64,000 nt of DNA from Euglena gracilis (GCA_039621445.1 CP154954.1:37247703-37311702), one strand, 5' to 3'; positions 21,792 to 33,820 are shown, numbered from the stretch's first letter. Numbers and translations: made by a program. The notes: a model not told the origin generated them from the letters alone.

Positions 21792-23713
21792 TAGGAATGG
21801 GTATCCAGCAGCTAGTGGACGGCCTGTCTCATGTTGGAAAGGCAGATTGGGGACTGCTCCAGCTGGATTTTTCAAACGCATTCAACTGCATCTCTCGAGA
21901 AAATTTGCTGGCAGAAGTCGCGGAGCGATGCCCCCCGCTGCTTCCATGGTTGGAGAGTTGTTACGCCCGCCATTCTCAGCTGTATCTCGGAAAAACATCA
22001 CTCCGAAGCAAGTCCGGTGTGCAGCAAGGGGACCCGTGTGGCCCGGCTGCCTTTGCCCTCGGCATACAGTCCCTCTTGGACAAGCTGCAAGGTATCGTGG
22101 GCTGGCAAGCCTGGTACCTGGATGATGCCCACATCATGGGCACGCCGGAACAGCTCGAAAGGGCAGTACGGCTGATCCTGAACGAGGGACCACAGATTGG
22201 TGTGGGACTCAACCTGACAAAGTGCAAACTCTGGGGGCCTGCATTTGTTGCTCGTGGAGAAGGCCTGCTTCAGGGCATCCCAGTGGAACCTTTCACACCC
22301 GGCTCTGGCATCCGTGCGCTAGGAGTGCCCGTCTGCCACCCGGCAGGACGCCCGGACTTTGCCACTGTCCTTTGGGAGGAGCGCCTCTCGGGAGTCCGGA
22401 AAGCGTGCGACCTGCTGCAATTGCTGCCGTCGCCGCACCTACAGTTCACGGTGCTCAGGCAATGCCTTGATGCATGCAAAGTAAACGACCTGCTTCGAAC
22501 CACACACCTCTCGGGAGCCAAGGCGCCATGCCATTCCTTTGCCACTCTCCTTCGGGACACAATGTCCGCAATCACCGCTCGCCCGCTGGATGATAAACAG
22601 TGGGCACAAGCCTCCCTGCCAGTCCGCCTGGGGGGGCTCGGGATCCGAGACCCAGAGGTATCCAGAGCACCGGCAAGGTGGGCGGCCATCCTTGACTTCC
22701 TCTCACGAGCGGATAGCACTCTGTGCCTACCCGAGGGTTGCCCCAAGCTCCCACGGGATTACGGAGAGACGGGCCTGGTGATCTCGGGCCTTACCAAAGG
22801 GGTGGCGCCTGTGGGTGACCTCCTAACGGACCCAAGCAAGGTGAGTTCCTTGTCTCCCTCAATGGTGAGACAAAAGTGGTGGACAGATGAGGTCCTCAAG
22901 GTCCGGGTGGACCTGCTTTTGGCTGGCCTTGTTGGAAATGACGCGGTCCGTTTCGCATGCCAGCGGAGGCCGCACGCCATGGCGTGGGCAGCGGTCAACC
23001 CCTCTGCCCCCCTGAAGACCCTCATCCCACCGGCAGAATTCAGAGCCCTGACTCAGTGGTCCTTGGGATGCCAAGTTTGCCCCACAACGACAGATGGCTC
23101 CTTGCCGGAATGTCCCCGCTGCCACCAACAAATGGATGTTGGAGGAAACCACCTTGTCTGCTGCCCCAAAAACAACACTTTGCGGCGACATGGTGCCCTC
23201 CAGACGTTCGTTTTGGACCTGGCGAGAAGGGCCGGTTTCATGGCTCGACGAGAAGAGGTGGCTGACAACCGGACAAGACCCGGAGATGTCTTCATCACGA
23301 GATTCGACGCGGACGGACCTGCAGCAGTGGATGTCACGGTCCGCCACCCGTTGCAACCAGCAAACCCGGTCTCCTCAAAGGACGCCTTAGCACGGTGGCA
23401 CGAACTACAAGAGGGAGACAAAGAACGCAAGTATGCAGCCACCTGCGAACGGCTGGGATGGACGTTCATCCCGTTTGTGGTTGATTGCTTCGGAGGGATG
23501 GGGGAGCGAGCGGCAGGATTCATATCCAAGTGCCTCCGCACTGTGTTGGCGCAGACCGATGTTCCTCAACGACGATCGTCAGAGGCCACGGTATGGCAAG
23601 CGCTGAGTCTAACGTTGGCCAGTGAATTGGCTCGCCAGCTGGCTTGGGGGGCAGTGGCGGAGCCATCAGGCGACGTTGATCTCACTACCCACACCCCATA
23701 TGCCACAGAGTAA
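21758..23713 (+). CDS. E2 RT plus RLE (continuation after a frameshift)
   Basis: LDFSNAFN, GVQQGDPCGP, WYLDDA, CPRC..NHLVCC, RRHG, RPGDV, AVDVTV, KERKY. Confidence 0.93.
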   Translation: MGVGVPDACALIGMGIQQLVDGLSHVGKADWGLLQLDFSNAFNCISRENLLAEVAERCPPLLPWLESCYARHSQLYLGKTSLRSKSGVQQGDPCGPAAFALGIQSLLDKLQGIVGWQAWYLDDAHIMGTPEQLERAVRLILNEGPQIGVGLNLTKCKLWGPAFVARGEGLLQGIPVEPFTPGSGIRALGVPVCHPAGRPDFATVLWEERLSGVRKACDLLQLLPSPHLQFTVLRQCLDACKVNDLLRTTHLSGAKAPCHSFATLLRDTMSAITARPLDDKQWAQASLPVRLGGLGIRDPEVSRAPARWAAILDFLSRADSTLCLPEGCPKLPRDYGETGLVISGLTKGVAPVGDLLTDPSKVSSLSPSMVRQKWWTDEVLKVRVDLLLAGLVGNDAVRFACQRRPHAMAWAAVNPSAPLKTLIPPAEFRALTQWSLGCQVCPTTTDGSLPECPRCHQQMDVGGNHLVCCPKNNTLRRHGALQTFVLDLARRAGFMARREEVADNRTRPGDVFITRFDADGPAAVDVTVRHPLQPANPVSSKDALARWHELQEGDKERKYAATCERLGWTFIPFVVDCFGGMGERAAGFISKCLRTVLAQTDVPQRRSSEATVWQALSLTLASELARQLAWGAVAEPSGDVDLTTHTPYATE

Positions 23714-24486
23714 AAAAAAGGGGGGGTCAGGGCGAACACCATGTAAACACCTGCGGCCGCTGAGGCCAAGCCAGGCAGCCTACACCGGCCACCAAGGGCC
23801 GGTATTGTTGGCTTTGTCCCGTTGACACAACATGGTAAGCACACCTGAGAGAAAGCCGAAAGGCCAGACGAACCCGAAACCTCCATTGAGCACACCGGGG
23901 AACAGCCTGCCCCCAACAAGGCCACCCCACCCCGCCTGCTCCATGCCACCTCACCCCTCGGGCCCTGGCCCCCACATGGCCGATTCTGGGTTCACCTGAC
24001 CACCTTACCCTGAGACTGTCGCTTCTGTACATAGCCTTACCCCCTGAACACGTCAAATCCAGTAGGCAGTGCCACTGGTCGGTGGACTTGGTTCGCCCCA
24101 CCACTGTAGTAGCATTAAATTTTAACACCAACCGTACGCATAACCAACCACAAGACTAATTAAACCAAAAAAACAAGCAAATCACACCTTGCAACGAATG
24201 GACCAAGTCTACAAAGACGTCCAAACCCTTACCGCACTGAAAACAGAGCCTTCCCTGCGCCAACTCCCCAAAACCTGAACTTGTCGCTGCCACAACCTCA
24301 ACACTCAACAGTCCCCATGGCCGTTCCATTGAACCTTTCCTGCCGCTGTACACTTTCCTCTCTCACTCGCTATCCCCCCTCCGTACTGTGCCCCTCACCG
24401 CCCTTCTACTTCACCCTCGACTCTCCCCGCTCCCACCGACGCCTGTGGATGCTGGTGGATTCCCAAAAAAAATTTAAATTGGTGGC

Positions 24487-24513
24487 ACTTTCTGAGTGTC
24501 TATTTTTTTTTCG
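24487..24513 (+). ncRNA. SL exon copy (T9 variant) at the 5' end of E3
   Basis: ACTTTCTGAGTGTCTATTTTTTTTTCG followed by the shared leader. Confidence 0.9.
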
Positions 24514-26280
24514 CATATCACATGTCGGACAAGTGAAAGCCCCACCAGGGGTATAGTTTGAAGCTCCGAGTTCGACAAACTGTGGCATTTCATGAGAAGG
24601 CGTTGGAGCCGAGACAGCAGAGAGGAGGATGAAGGAGAAGGTTTCCTTGAAGCAGATGAGTATGAGAACTATCTGAAACGCAGGTGGGGTTCTTCGTATG
24701 TGATGTGAATTTTTTGGCGTTTTTTGAATTTTTTTGTAAACAAAATGGTTGCTTTTAGGAGCATGAATAATCATTTTTTCTCATTGTCAGCATGAAAAAA
24801 TTCCCCGGTGGAGTTGGAGATTCTCCAAGTCCTCTCCATCAGAAAGTGCACATCCTGGAGCTCCGAAAGGATTTTATATGCGAATATATTTTATATGCCC
24901 AGAACGACCTCGCCAGCTGCGTTGGGAACAGAAGGAAGCTGACAGGAAAAGAAGAGCTGAGTACTGGGGAAGACAGACCAGAAGTCGCAGCAGAAGCCCT
25001 GACAGAAAGAGATTCAATGTTTAACGTGGTGGAAACCCTCCAGACAGGAGGAGTGCAGCTGAGTTCCCTCCAGACTGGAGGTGGCCTGACCAAGAGAGAC
25101 AGGTCAGAGATTCTTCTGCACAGAGAAGACCCCTGCAGCAGCAGCAGGAGTATGAGTAGCAGTTGGGAGACTACCCAGCACAGAGAAGACCCCTGCAGCA
25201 ACAGCAGGAGTTTGAGCAGCTGGAGAGAGACTACCCAGCACAGAGAAGAGCCCTGCAGCAGCAGGAGTATGGGCAGGAGAGAGAGTACCCTGCACAGAGA
25301 AGGTCAGACACTGTACATCTGCCATCTGGGGTTATTCCATGGACTACATTTTATCAACTGCCTCAGCCTTCTCCCAGTTTGTACTCCTCTGCTGCAGCAT
25401 CTGCCACAGGTCATCAAGTACCCCATCCCCAGTCTGTGATGTATACACCAGCAGCTGCAGCCACAGCAGGCCTTTCAGGACAAGCTGCAGTTTTTCCTGG
25501 CCAGGGCCAGACAATGTGTGGCCAGAACCAGATGTATATGACTCCCCAGCCTGTTTACTATGTGGACCCCTCTGGGGCAATGTCTGCAGACCTACCCTGG
25601 TGGAAGTACCAGCTGTTGATGGGCCATTCGGTGGGGCACAATGCCATCCCCCCAGGAACTGTCAACACCTCAGCAGCAGTGTCCTCTGCCCAGCCAGCCT
25701 CTGGAGGGCCTGGGGTCAGCATCCCCCCCCCTCCTTACCAAGAAGGAGGAGGAGCCAAAGCCATTCAGGGAGAGAAAAGGAGGACTGACAGCTCTGGAGC
25801 CTCAGCCTCCACATCAACAGCCTCCAGGGCCAAATCCTCTTCTGTTTCCTCATCAGACAGTGATGACAAGGAGTTGTTGGACTTGCTGAAAGAAAGGCGA
25901 CGTAAAAGGAAAGAACAGTAGCAAAAAAATGAAGAAGCGGACCACACACAGGAGAAGAAACATTCCCATTGTGTGGCTCAGTGCGTGCTGAAGACCCCCC
26001 CAAGATTTTCTGCAGCAAAAGTCCAGGAGAGGGGAAGATATACCCCCCCAACTGCAGTTGGAGAAAAACTCGGCCATGAGTGATTACCCCCCTTGCCCTG
26101 GAATTCGGGCCTGAGCAAGGACAAAGGGAATCCCAAACCCCAGTAATGGAAAAAGGTACCCCCACAAGGGAGAAAAAACCGGCGGTGCAAGAAAAAAGAC
26201 GGCCAGCACCAGGAGGCCCATACAAAATTTTCTCTGTCTTTGACACAGAGATTTGGAAAGTGGAAGGCCAGTGGTTAAAC
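24487..26280 (+). mobile_element. E3 5' part: SL-headed retroelement interrupted by the LTR element; Q-rich ORF fragments (25163-25921, 26080-26280)
   Basis: Removing 26281-40358 joins ...KVEGQWLN in frame to PTGVMFDEKC...; about 60-bp repeats encode DYPAQRRPLQQQQE. Confidence 0.8.
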
Positions 26281-26700
26281 AGTGTACGTCCCCTGACTCT
26301 ATTCCCACTGCCTGTCGGCCTACTTACACCCTCCCGTGGGAACAGAACCAGGAGAGTAACAAAAAAGAAAATCTTTCACTTAACTATTAGTTTTTATTGA
26401 CTTTGGGCTTATGCAGAGCACAAGGCAAACCAGGTGTGATTTTGGAACTTCAGTTCCAGTAGTGTTCTCCTATCGGAGTTCGAACCTTCAAATCTTTGAT
26501 TTGCCCTTTTGGGCTGATGAAACACAAAGCAAAACAATAATACCACCTGTGAAAAGAGAAGGCAGATCCGAGATAGGATAGGCTGTTCCTAATTCTGCAA
26601 TTTGTATTGCAGAACATGGAATAGTACTATCTGGCATGACATTGTGCATTTTGCAGTTTGCTGCTATGCACAGTGCCATGTTCATGCTGCCTGGTACACA
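26281..26700 (-). repeat. 3' LTR
   Basis: Near-identical to 39933-40353; minus-strand termini TGTGTAC...GTACACT; abuts the PPT. Confidence 0.92.
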
Positions 26701-29275
26701 TCCCCCTCCCAGGGCTTTGCCCGATTTCCTTACTGGACCAGGCCAGCAAGGACATAGGCAAGGCCTTGAGATAGAGGAACATACACCAGGAAAGCATATC
26801 TTGGGTCTGCTTCTCCATCACATGGTAAAAAACCAGAAAGGGAAGGAAGGAAGAGAGGGGAACCCAAAAAACCCAAAACGCGCAAAAGAGGTTACCTGCT
26901 TATGCGGCTAACTACTTATTGCGGTAAAGGGGTGGAAGTGGAAGAGCCCGCTTAGAAAGTGGGGCTGGAAGGTTTTCATTCCAGAAAGTCCCATCCACCC
27001 GGTTTGGGGTGTGCCTATGGCACTTGTGGTGGTCTCGTCCCATGATCGGAAAAGATTGTAGAGGTAGGGTGTGGAAGGAGGGGCACCTGGCCAGTCATAC
27101 CTGACCAGGGAAGAAAGCCTATTTACAAAACCAACTGCCGGCGACAGCGATTTTGCCCGGGGGGGGAAAAGGGGAGAGGAATGGGGGGCTGGTCTAAAGA
27201 CCTTACAAAGAATTTTTGCTGTCTGGCAGTCTTACGGGGGCCTTAAGGCCGAAAAGTAACAAGTTGGGGCTATTATTTCGGTGTGCGCGCTGTACGCTGT
27301 GCGTCTTCTTACTGGCGGCATATACCGCTGTGAAGTCTTCACAGTGCAGCGCGAGCACGGTGTTGTCGCCGGGGTATCCCCAGAGGCGTATACCTCAGAA
27401 TAGCGGGCAGTAGCCCTAAAAACTGTAGATTTGGCATTTGTGCCTTGGGTGTGCAGCCTGTAGGCTGAAGGGTTTGCATTAGCCAAAAATAATGGGGGGG
27501 TAGGCTTTATCGCCCAGAAACATTGCCTTGTGGAATATGCATGGCACAAAAATACTACTGGGTGTATACCCGAATGAAAAAAAATTCGGCATATTGCCAA
27601 AAAGATCATACTGAGGTGTACAACCGCAGAAAAAATGCGGAATTGTGGCAGGCTGCTGCCAATTCACAGAACAACTGTGGTTGGTGTGGCTTATACCACT
27701 TTGAAAAACCGCAAATGAAATGTGAATGCACATAAAAGGATGGAACATTGTTCCAGTGCGGTGAAATTCATCACAAAAAGCTGGATTTCACCATTTTTGA
27801 GCTATGGTTCCTATAAACCTTGCAGCATGACACCATTGGTGTTGCACATGATGACCATTGGGTCCTCCGAATTATATCGGTAAGGGGGTCCCACTGAGTA
27901 AAGTGGGGGGGGTCCGAATTATATCGGTAAGGGGGTCCCACTAAATAAAGTGGGGGGGGGGCAAGAATGCCGTTAGTGCGGTAAGCATAAAAAAAAATAC
28001 TGCAAACATGACAAAATCTCATCATTAGTGACTATGCCACTGAGAAATACTGACTTTTGTCAGATTTTTAGGGAAATCCCTGTCAGGATTAAGGGCAGAA
28101 ATGCAGATTCTTCGTCGAGAATTGCATTTTTGTCACCAAAAGTGCAACTTTGTTGCGTTTTGAGTCATTTAAGACTGCAATTGCCAAGTGCACATAGTGC
28201 TTGTTGAGAGTGTCCAATAACACTGCAGGTTTGTTGTTGTACAGATTTTGGGATTTGGGTGTCTAATAACACCACATCACCTAAAAAGCTGTAAAATTGT
28301 GCAAAAATATCGCAAAAAAAAGCAAAAATACGCTTAAAAATGCAAGTAAAACATGTCTATGACATCTTGAGCAAAGGAAAAATTGCCATTATCGGCATAT
28401 CCCTTTGCATTCCATTCTGGCATAGTGCCTCATGGTCACTCCCATTAGGGATATGAGTGCCAGAACGGGGAAAAATCACCAAAAATTGCAGAAAATCAAT
28501 GATTTAAATGAAAGTTTGCACATAAGTGCTCCTAAAAATGGTTCTAGTGAGTTGAAATGGCTCCAAATTGTGGGCTATAGCCCTCTGAACTGTACCAGGC
28601 CTAATAGGGCGTACAGAGGGGGTAATGGGCAGAATGCTGCCAAAGGAGCTTAAAAATGGCCATTAGCCAAACTGGTAACGAATGGTAATTAGCCATCAGA
28701 AACGATGTGGGGAACAGTGTAGAAGCCTTTCAGGCTGATTTGCCAGTCTGGTACATGTTCGTACAAGATTTGGCCCCATATTTGGCTTTACCAATAATAC
28801 CCACGGTGGGTAGCACAGCTTCACCCAAACCGTGCCCCGGGCCCAGGGTAACGTCTCTTTTGGCCCTCGCCACAAGAGGAACCCCCTTGTGACTCCCTGT
28901 GCCGCCACAGGTCGCGGGTAGCTTATACTCTGGGTGTAATGTACAAAAGAGTGCTGAGGGATACTTGTTCAGGGTGCGGAGGTCAGCGGTTAGCGGAAGA
29001 TGAGCAAAGGTCACCTTCAATATATATCGGGCGGGGTGGGCGGGGTGGGGGCGCGTTTGTTCCTCTTTGCCACCGGATGGCGTGTCTGTGCCGGGTTTTG
29101 GCTTTATTTGTTTCTCTGTTTTGTTTCTCTGCGTGTGCGTCTGTCTGACCCATTGATTTGCCTTTGGCTTGGCGTGTGGCTCTGCTCAGGGGGCTCAAGG
29201 CCTACAGACAGAATATGGTGAGTTTGAGTTTGCCTTTGGCTTGGCATGTGGCCCTGCTCAGGGGGCTCGAGGCCT

Positions 29276-32200
29276 TCAGACAGAATATGGTGAGTGGGCA
29301 GAAGACAAGGTGATCTCATCCTTGGAAGAATACAAGCTCCAAACGAGCTGTCTGCTGATTTCTCTGATCAGTGTGAAGGACAGGCCTTGCCAAATATCTG
29401 CTTCTGCGGCCCGCCGTTGCCACCCTTCCCGCTGCCCCAGAAGGGCTTTGAGGAGGGTGGCCATCAAGGAGCGCGCTTCTTGTCCCATGCCCCCGTAGCA
29501 ATCCATGACGAATGGCATCAACCGCCAGCCCAGTCGTCGGCATGTTGCATCATATTTGGCATGCTTTTCAGCTTCCTGTCGTGTTTGCCATTGTGACAGG
29601 CTCTCTGCACTTCGCAGCGGATGACTTTGCGCAAGGGTGTGGCGGACTGTCACATCCACTGCAACGGGTCCATCACTGTCCAAGCGAGGAATGAAGATAT
29701 CCCCAGGGCGGGAACGGTCATCGGCTCGTTGTTCTTTACGGGCTGTAAATCCTGCCTTCTGTGTTGTGGTTGTCAGAAAATCTTGGACAGCCCCGTGCCG
29801 CCGGGTAATGAAGTTTGATTTGCAGCAAACGAGGTGATGTCCGAGAAAATCTGATTGTCCAAAGCATTTGGGACAGAGGTTGGGATCGGATTCCGTTGGT
29901 GTGAGAGTCATTCCGAGGGACCAACGAAGTGTGCAGCGGAATTCAGCCGTGGGTAACAGGGTGCGGAGTCCTTGAGATGGTGTCAAAGCGGCCCATGCCA
30001 TAGCGTGTGGTTGGCATTGGCTTGCAAAGCGTACAGCATCAGGTCCATTCAATGTGTCCCGAAGTGTTTTCTGGCGGGCAAGCATGCTTTGCTGATTCCA
30101 CCAACGTTGTGAATTGTGTGGAGACTGTGCCTGCGGGATCAAGTTTTTGTCACTGGCCCATTGTGGCAGTGGGGCCATTTGACCGAGTTCATTGAGGGCT
30201 GTCCGTAAACAATCGTCAACGTCTTTGGGAAGGATGTCCATGGCAGCGGGCAGGCCCAAGACAGAGGGAGCTCTTCGACAGAAGTCCACCACTTGAGACA
30301 ATCTCGCCGGCTGACGTTGAAATAGTGGATCGGAGATTCCCAGTCCACCGCATCTGATGGCCAGGGAAACTTGCAACCATTCTTCTGGGGTGCAAGGGGA
30401 GCCGACCATGCTGCTGAATGTTTCCCGAATAATTCCCGACAATGTCTTGCATGCCGCTGTTGCAGAGGCGATTTTGCAGGCGCGCAAGAGGTCATTCACT
30501 TTGCAAGCGGATAAACAAAAACGAAGCAAGGTGAATTGCACATGCGATTGAGGTAGGTGCTGAAGTACTGTGCAGGAACGTCGGATGTCTTCAATGCGCT
30601 TATTCCATACTTCTTCACAGAAGCGGTCATCTTGGGGGTGGTGGACAGGGACCCCCAAAACTTTCAAACCTGAACCGGCAACAAAGGCGGTCAGTGGTAT
30701 TTGATGCAAGGGGCTGTCCTGTGGCGTTCCCGGAGGAATGCAAGGGACACCTTCTGTTGATGTGAACGCTGGTCCCCACAAGCGACATTTTGCGGGGTTC
30801 ACGGCCAACCCAAGCGCTGCTGCCTCGCGAATCAGAAATACAAGGGCATTGTGTAGTTGGGCTGATCCCAGCAGATGGGCGTCATCCAAATACCATCCCT
30901 GCCATTCGACCAAGGGGGAGAGGCCCTCACACAGGTCTTGTACGCCCCAGGCGAAAGCTGCTGGTCCACTTGGGTCGCCTTGCTGAGCCCCCCTCTGGGA
31001 AGGCAGACAATGGTTTCCACAATACAGCTTGCTGTGTTGGGCGTAGCACGAATCCAGCCAAGGGCACACTTCTGGGCATCGTCTGCGGATGGATTGCAGG
31101 ATTTTTTCTCGTGACAAAGAGTTGAAGGCATTCCTGAAATCCACTTGAAGCAGCCCCCATCGATTGTCTCTGTCCGAGTGCAGAGTGTCCACCATTTGTT
31201 GGATTCCCATTGCGATCAGTGGACAAGCGTTCGGCACACCAACGCCACATTGTGGAGGACTCAGTTCTTTCAAAGCGTTTACCACTGTGGGATGACGCAT
31301 GAGACATTTGCCAACCAATCGGCGGAGGGTTTCACCTGCTGCGATTGGGCGAGTGTCTTCATCACACACCGTGTGTTCCACAAGGTTTCCAAAAGCATCC
31401 TCTTCCATTGCTCTTTGTTTGTTCTGTTTTCGCAGAGGTGTCAGCCTGGCGGAGGAAAGAATTGGGGCCATGCTGGGGTGAACACCGTTTGTAATTGCCC
31501 GACAGATGAAGGTATCCAGCACCTCGAGGAGGTCTTCTCCACAAGCCCCTGGGTAGTCTCCAACCATGGCCTTGAGGTGGTCAGGTCTCAGGCCAGAAGG
31601 ACCCGGCGCGGATTCCTTTGGGAACCCGAAGATGGCTTTGCGCAGATTTTGTAATCGCTCTTTTGTGCTTTCCGGGTCTGAAGGAAAGGTAATCGTTTGG
31701 GAAGAATCGGACACTGGGATGTGCGGTGGAGGCTCTGGTGGGTGAAGGTCACGTAGCCTTTGGATCACTTTTGGGTCACTGCTGTTTTGGACCCCCTCAG
31801 AGGTGAGCTCTCGGCAGGCTTTTGAAATAGCCCCGTGGCCAACAAGGCTTTCAATGCGGGAGAGGAACCGTTCTTCAGTTGCCTTGGCTGCCAGTGCTGT
31901 TTTTTGCCTTGTCTGTCTGCCTTGTTGCTTTTGTGGGAGACTGGAGTCCAGCCATGAATCAAACACAGGGCGGGTGAGATACAGGCGAGCGCGTTCTGCA
32001 ATTTTTCTCCCCACCATCGCCCAGTTTGAACGCCCGCCACGCTGCAAAGGACAAAGCACCGCTTTGGGGAAGGCCCACAAGGCGTGCAGGGTTTCCCAGC
32101 CAGGGTCCCTGTTGAAATGCTTCATCAGTTGCAGGTAGGTTTGATTGACATTCAGGAGGGCTCCACGTGGCAGGTATACAAGGGTGCCTCGATCGTCAAA

Positions 32201-33820
32201 AGAAATTTCCTCAAAAGAGGGATGAAGGGATGTTGGGCATGGAGCAGAGAATGGCGTAACCCCAGCAAGGTGATTTTGGCCAATGGGGCTTGGTGGGGGT
32301 CTAGCTGGGGCTGGTGACGATGCTGCTGCGGTTGTTGCCACAGAGGATGAAGAGCTGGCACCCAAAGGGGGGTTGGAGAAGTTGGAGAAGTTCAGGAAAG
32401 GCGTCGCTTGATTTGCTTGCATCCACATGGCTCCAACATCTGACGGGGGGAAGGATCCTGGTCCTTGTGTGCCAATTGGGTTCGCCATGATGACCGTGGA
32501 GCACATTGAAGGGAGGCCCTGTTGGCCAAAGAACAACGGACCCGGCAGATTTGGGAACCAAGATCCCCTTTCCAAGGGTGGCGCTGCGGGTGGTGTTGGT
32601 GCGGTCGGGGTGATGGAAATTTGTGATGCTGGCGCCATGTCAACGTCCTCAATCGACACCAATGGGGGCTCTGCGGGTGGTGGTGCGGCTGGAGGGATGG
32701 AGATTTGTGATGCTGGCGCCATGTCAATATCCTCACCCGAAACAAATGGTGGGTCCGTAGCTGGCCCGGGGTTGCTTTCAATGTCCCCGCAGGTGAGTAA
32801 AGACCGACCCCGGCCTGCCCCCCCCGATGCTGCCAGGGTGGGCTGTGGGCTGTCTTTTGCCGGCGTGAAAGGCACCAGCACTTTTCTTTGTTTGGCTGAC
32901 ATTGGGTTGTTTTTTCCGAACGGCTGAGTGGGAGCCTGGGGATTGTCAAGTGCATTGCGCTGAGGTGTCCCGTTTGCTGGCCAGCTGAACCGGGCAGAAC
33001 TGGCTGGATGGGGGGCCACTGTTGCAGGCCACAATGTGGAGGAGCATGGTTCGCCCGTGTTGAAACCCCGCGCTATTTTGGCTGGAAATCTGCTGAGCCC
33101 TTGGGCAAATTTGGACAGCGTCGTGGCCGAAGCCGTGGGCCCTGGGGCCACATCTGTGAAAGAGTTTTCTGTGCCTGTTTTGGCTTGAAAAGTGTTGAGC
33201 CCTAGGGCGGCATTTGACAGCATCATGGCTGAAGTCTTGGGCCCTGGGGCCACATTTGTGAAAAACTTTTCAGTGCCAGATTTGGCTTGAAATGTGTTGA
33301 GCCCTGGGGCAGCATTGGACAGCATCTTGGCTGAAACCTTGGGCCCTGGGGCCGCATCTGTGAAAAACTTTTCTGTGCCACATTTGGTTGGAAATGTGTT
33401 GATCCCTGTGGCAAAAATTGACAGCATCATGTCAAAGGCCTTGGGCCCTGGGGCGTCATTTGTGAAAAACTTTTCTGTGCCACATTTGTTTGGAAATGTG
33501 TTGATCCCTGTGGCAAAATTTGACAGCATCATGGCAAAAGTCTGGGGCCCTGGGGCCACATTTGTGAAGAACTTTTCTGTGCCAGTTTTGGCTTGAAATG
33601 TGTTGAGCCCTGGGGCAAAATTGGACAGCATCATGGCTGAAGTCTCTGGCCCTGGGGCCAACTCTGTGAAATGTTTATAAGGCCCTGGGGCCACAGTGCG
33701 GGTTGGTGTGAACGCTATGTTACAGCACAGGTGGTAAAGCAAAGTATAGTGAAACAGGGATAATACTTCCAGCCAGCTGGTGTAGCAGAGGATGATGTTG
33801 TGCTGCTGTAGCATCCTCAA
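29276..33820 (-). CDS. E4 uninterrupted 1514-aa polyprotein: 40-aa repeats, 2A, RT, RLE (first ATG about 33814)
   Basis: GRGRSLLTCGDIESNPGP (core 32762-32788); SAPGPSGLRPDHL; VDFRNAFN; QQGDPSGP; WYLDDA; CPKC..HHLVCC; RRHG; RPGDI; AVDVTV; EKHAKY. Confidence 0.95.
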   Translation of the reverse strand: MRMLQQHNIILCYTSWLEVLSLFHYTLLYHLCCNIAFTPTRTVAPGPYKHFTELAPGPETSAMMLSNFAPGLNTFQAKTGTEKFFTNVAPGPQTFAMMLSNFATGINTFPNKCGTEKFFTNDAPGPKAFDMMLSIFATGINTFPTKCGTEKFFTDAAPGPKVSAKMLSNAAPGLNTFQAKSGTEKFFTNVAPGPKTSAMMLSNAALGLNTFQAKTGTENSFTDVAPGPTASATTLSKFAQGLSRFPAKIARGFNTGEPCSSTLWPATVAPHPASSARFSWPANGTPQRNALDNPQAPTQPFGKNNPMSAKQRKVLVPFTPAKDSPQPTLAASGGAGRGRSLLTCGDIESNPGPATDPPFVSGEDIDMAPASQISIPPAAPPPAEPPLVSIEDVDMAPASQISITPTAPTPPAAPPLERGSWFPNLPGPLFFGQQGLPSMCSTVIMANPIGTQGPGSFPPSDVGAMWMQANQATPFLNFSNFSNPPLGASSSSSVATTAAASSPAPARPPPSPIGQNHLAGVTPFSAPCPTSLHPSFEEISFDDRGTLVYLPRGALLNVNQTYLQLMKHFNRDPGWETLHALWAFPKAVLCPLQRGGRSNWAMVGRKIAERARLYLTRPVFDSWLDSSLPQKQQGRQTRQKTALAAKATEERFLSRIESLVGHGAISKACRELTSEGVQNSSDPKVIQRLRDLHPPEPPPHIPVSDSSQTITFPSDPESTKERLQNLRKAIFGFPKESAPGPSGLRPDHLKAMVGDYPGACGEDLLEVLDTFICRAITNGVHPSMAPILSSARLTPLRKQNKQRAMEEDAFGNLVEHTVCDEDTRPIAAGETLRRLVGKCLMRHPTVVNALKELSPPQCGVGVPNACPLIAMGIQQMVDTLHSDRDNRWGLLQVDFRNAFNSLSREKILQSIRRRCPEVCPWLDSCYAQHSKLYCGNHCLPSQRGAQQGDPSGPAAFAWGVQDLCEGLSPLVEWQGWYLDDAHLLGSAQLHNALVFLIREAAALGLAVNPAKCRLWGPAFTSTEGVPCIPPGTPQDSPLHQIPLTAFVAGSGLKVLGVPVHHPQDDRFCEEVWNKRIEDIRRSCTVLQHLPQSHVQFTLLRFCLSACKVNDLLRACKIASATAACKTLSGIIRETFSSMVGSPCTPEEWLQVSLAIRCGGLGISDPLFQRQPARLSQVVDFCRRAPSVLGLPAAMDILPKDVDDCLRTALNELGQMAPLPQWASDKNLIPQAQSPHNSQRWWNQQSMLARQKTLRDTLNGPDAVRFASQCQPHAMAWAALTPSQGLRTLLPTAEFRCTLRWSLGMTLTPTESDPNLCPKCFGQSDFLGHHLVCCKSNFITRRHGAVQDFLTTTTQKAGFTARKEQRADDRSRPGDIFIPRLDSDGPVAVDVTVRHTLAQSHPLRSAESLSQWQTRQEAEKHAKYDATCRRLGWRLMPFVMDCYGGMGQEARSLMATLLKALLGQREGWQRRAAEADIWQGLSFTLIREISRQLVWSLYSSKDEITLSSAHSPYSV
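33090..33695 (-). repeat. About 120-bp tandem repeats (about 5) encoding APGPxxxAMMLSNxAxGxNTFxxKxGTEKFFTN units
   Basis: Visible in both DNA and translation. Confidence 0.85.

Larger units (their letters stand above)
18916..24115 (+). mobile_element. E2: SL-headed CRE-like non-LTR retrotransposon with two 2A peptides; 3' end about 24115, alternatively the A8 at 24465-24472
   Basis: SL plus conserved leader, RT/RLE ORFs, 3' motif shared with 48293-48346. Confidence 0.85.
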
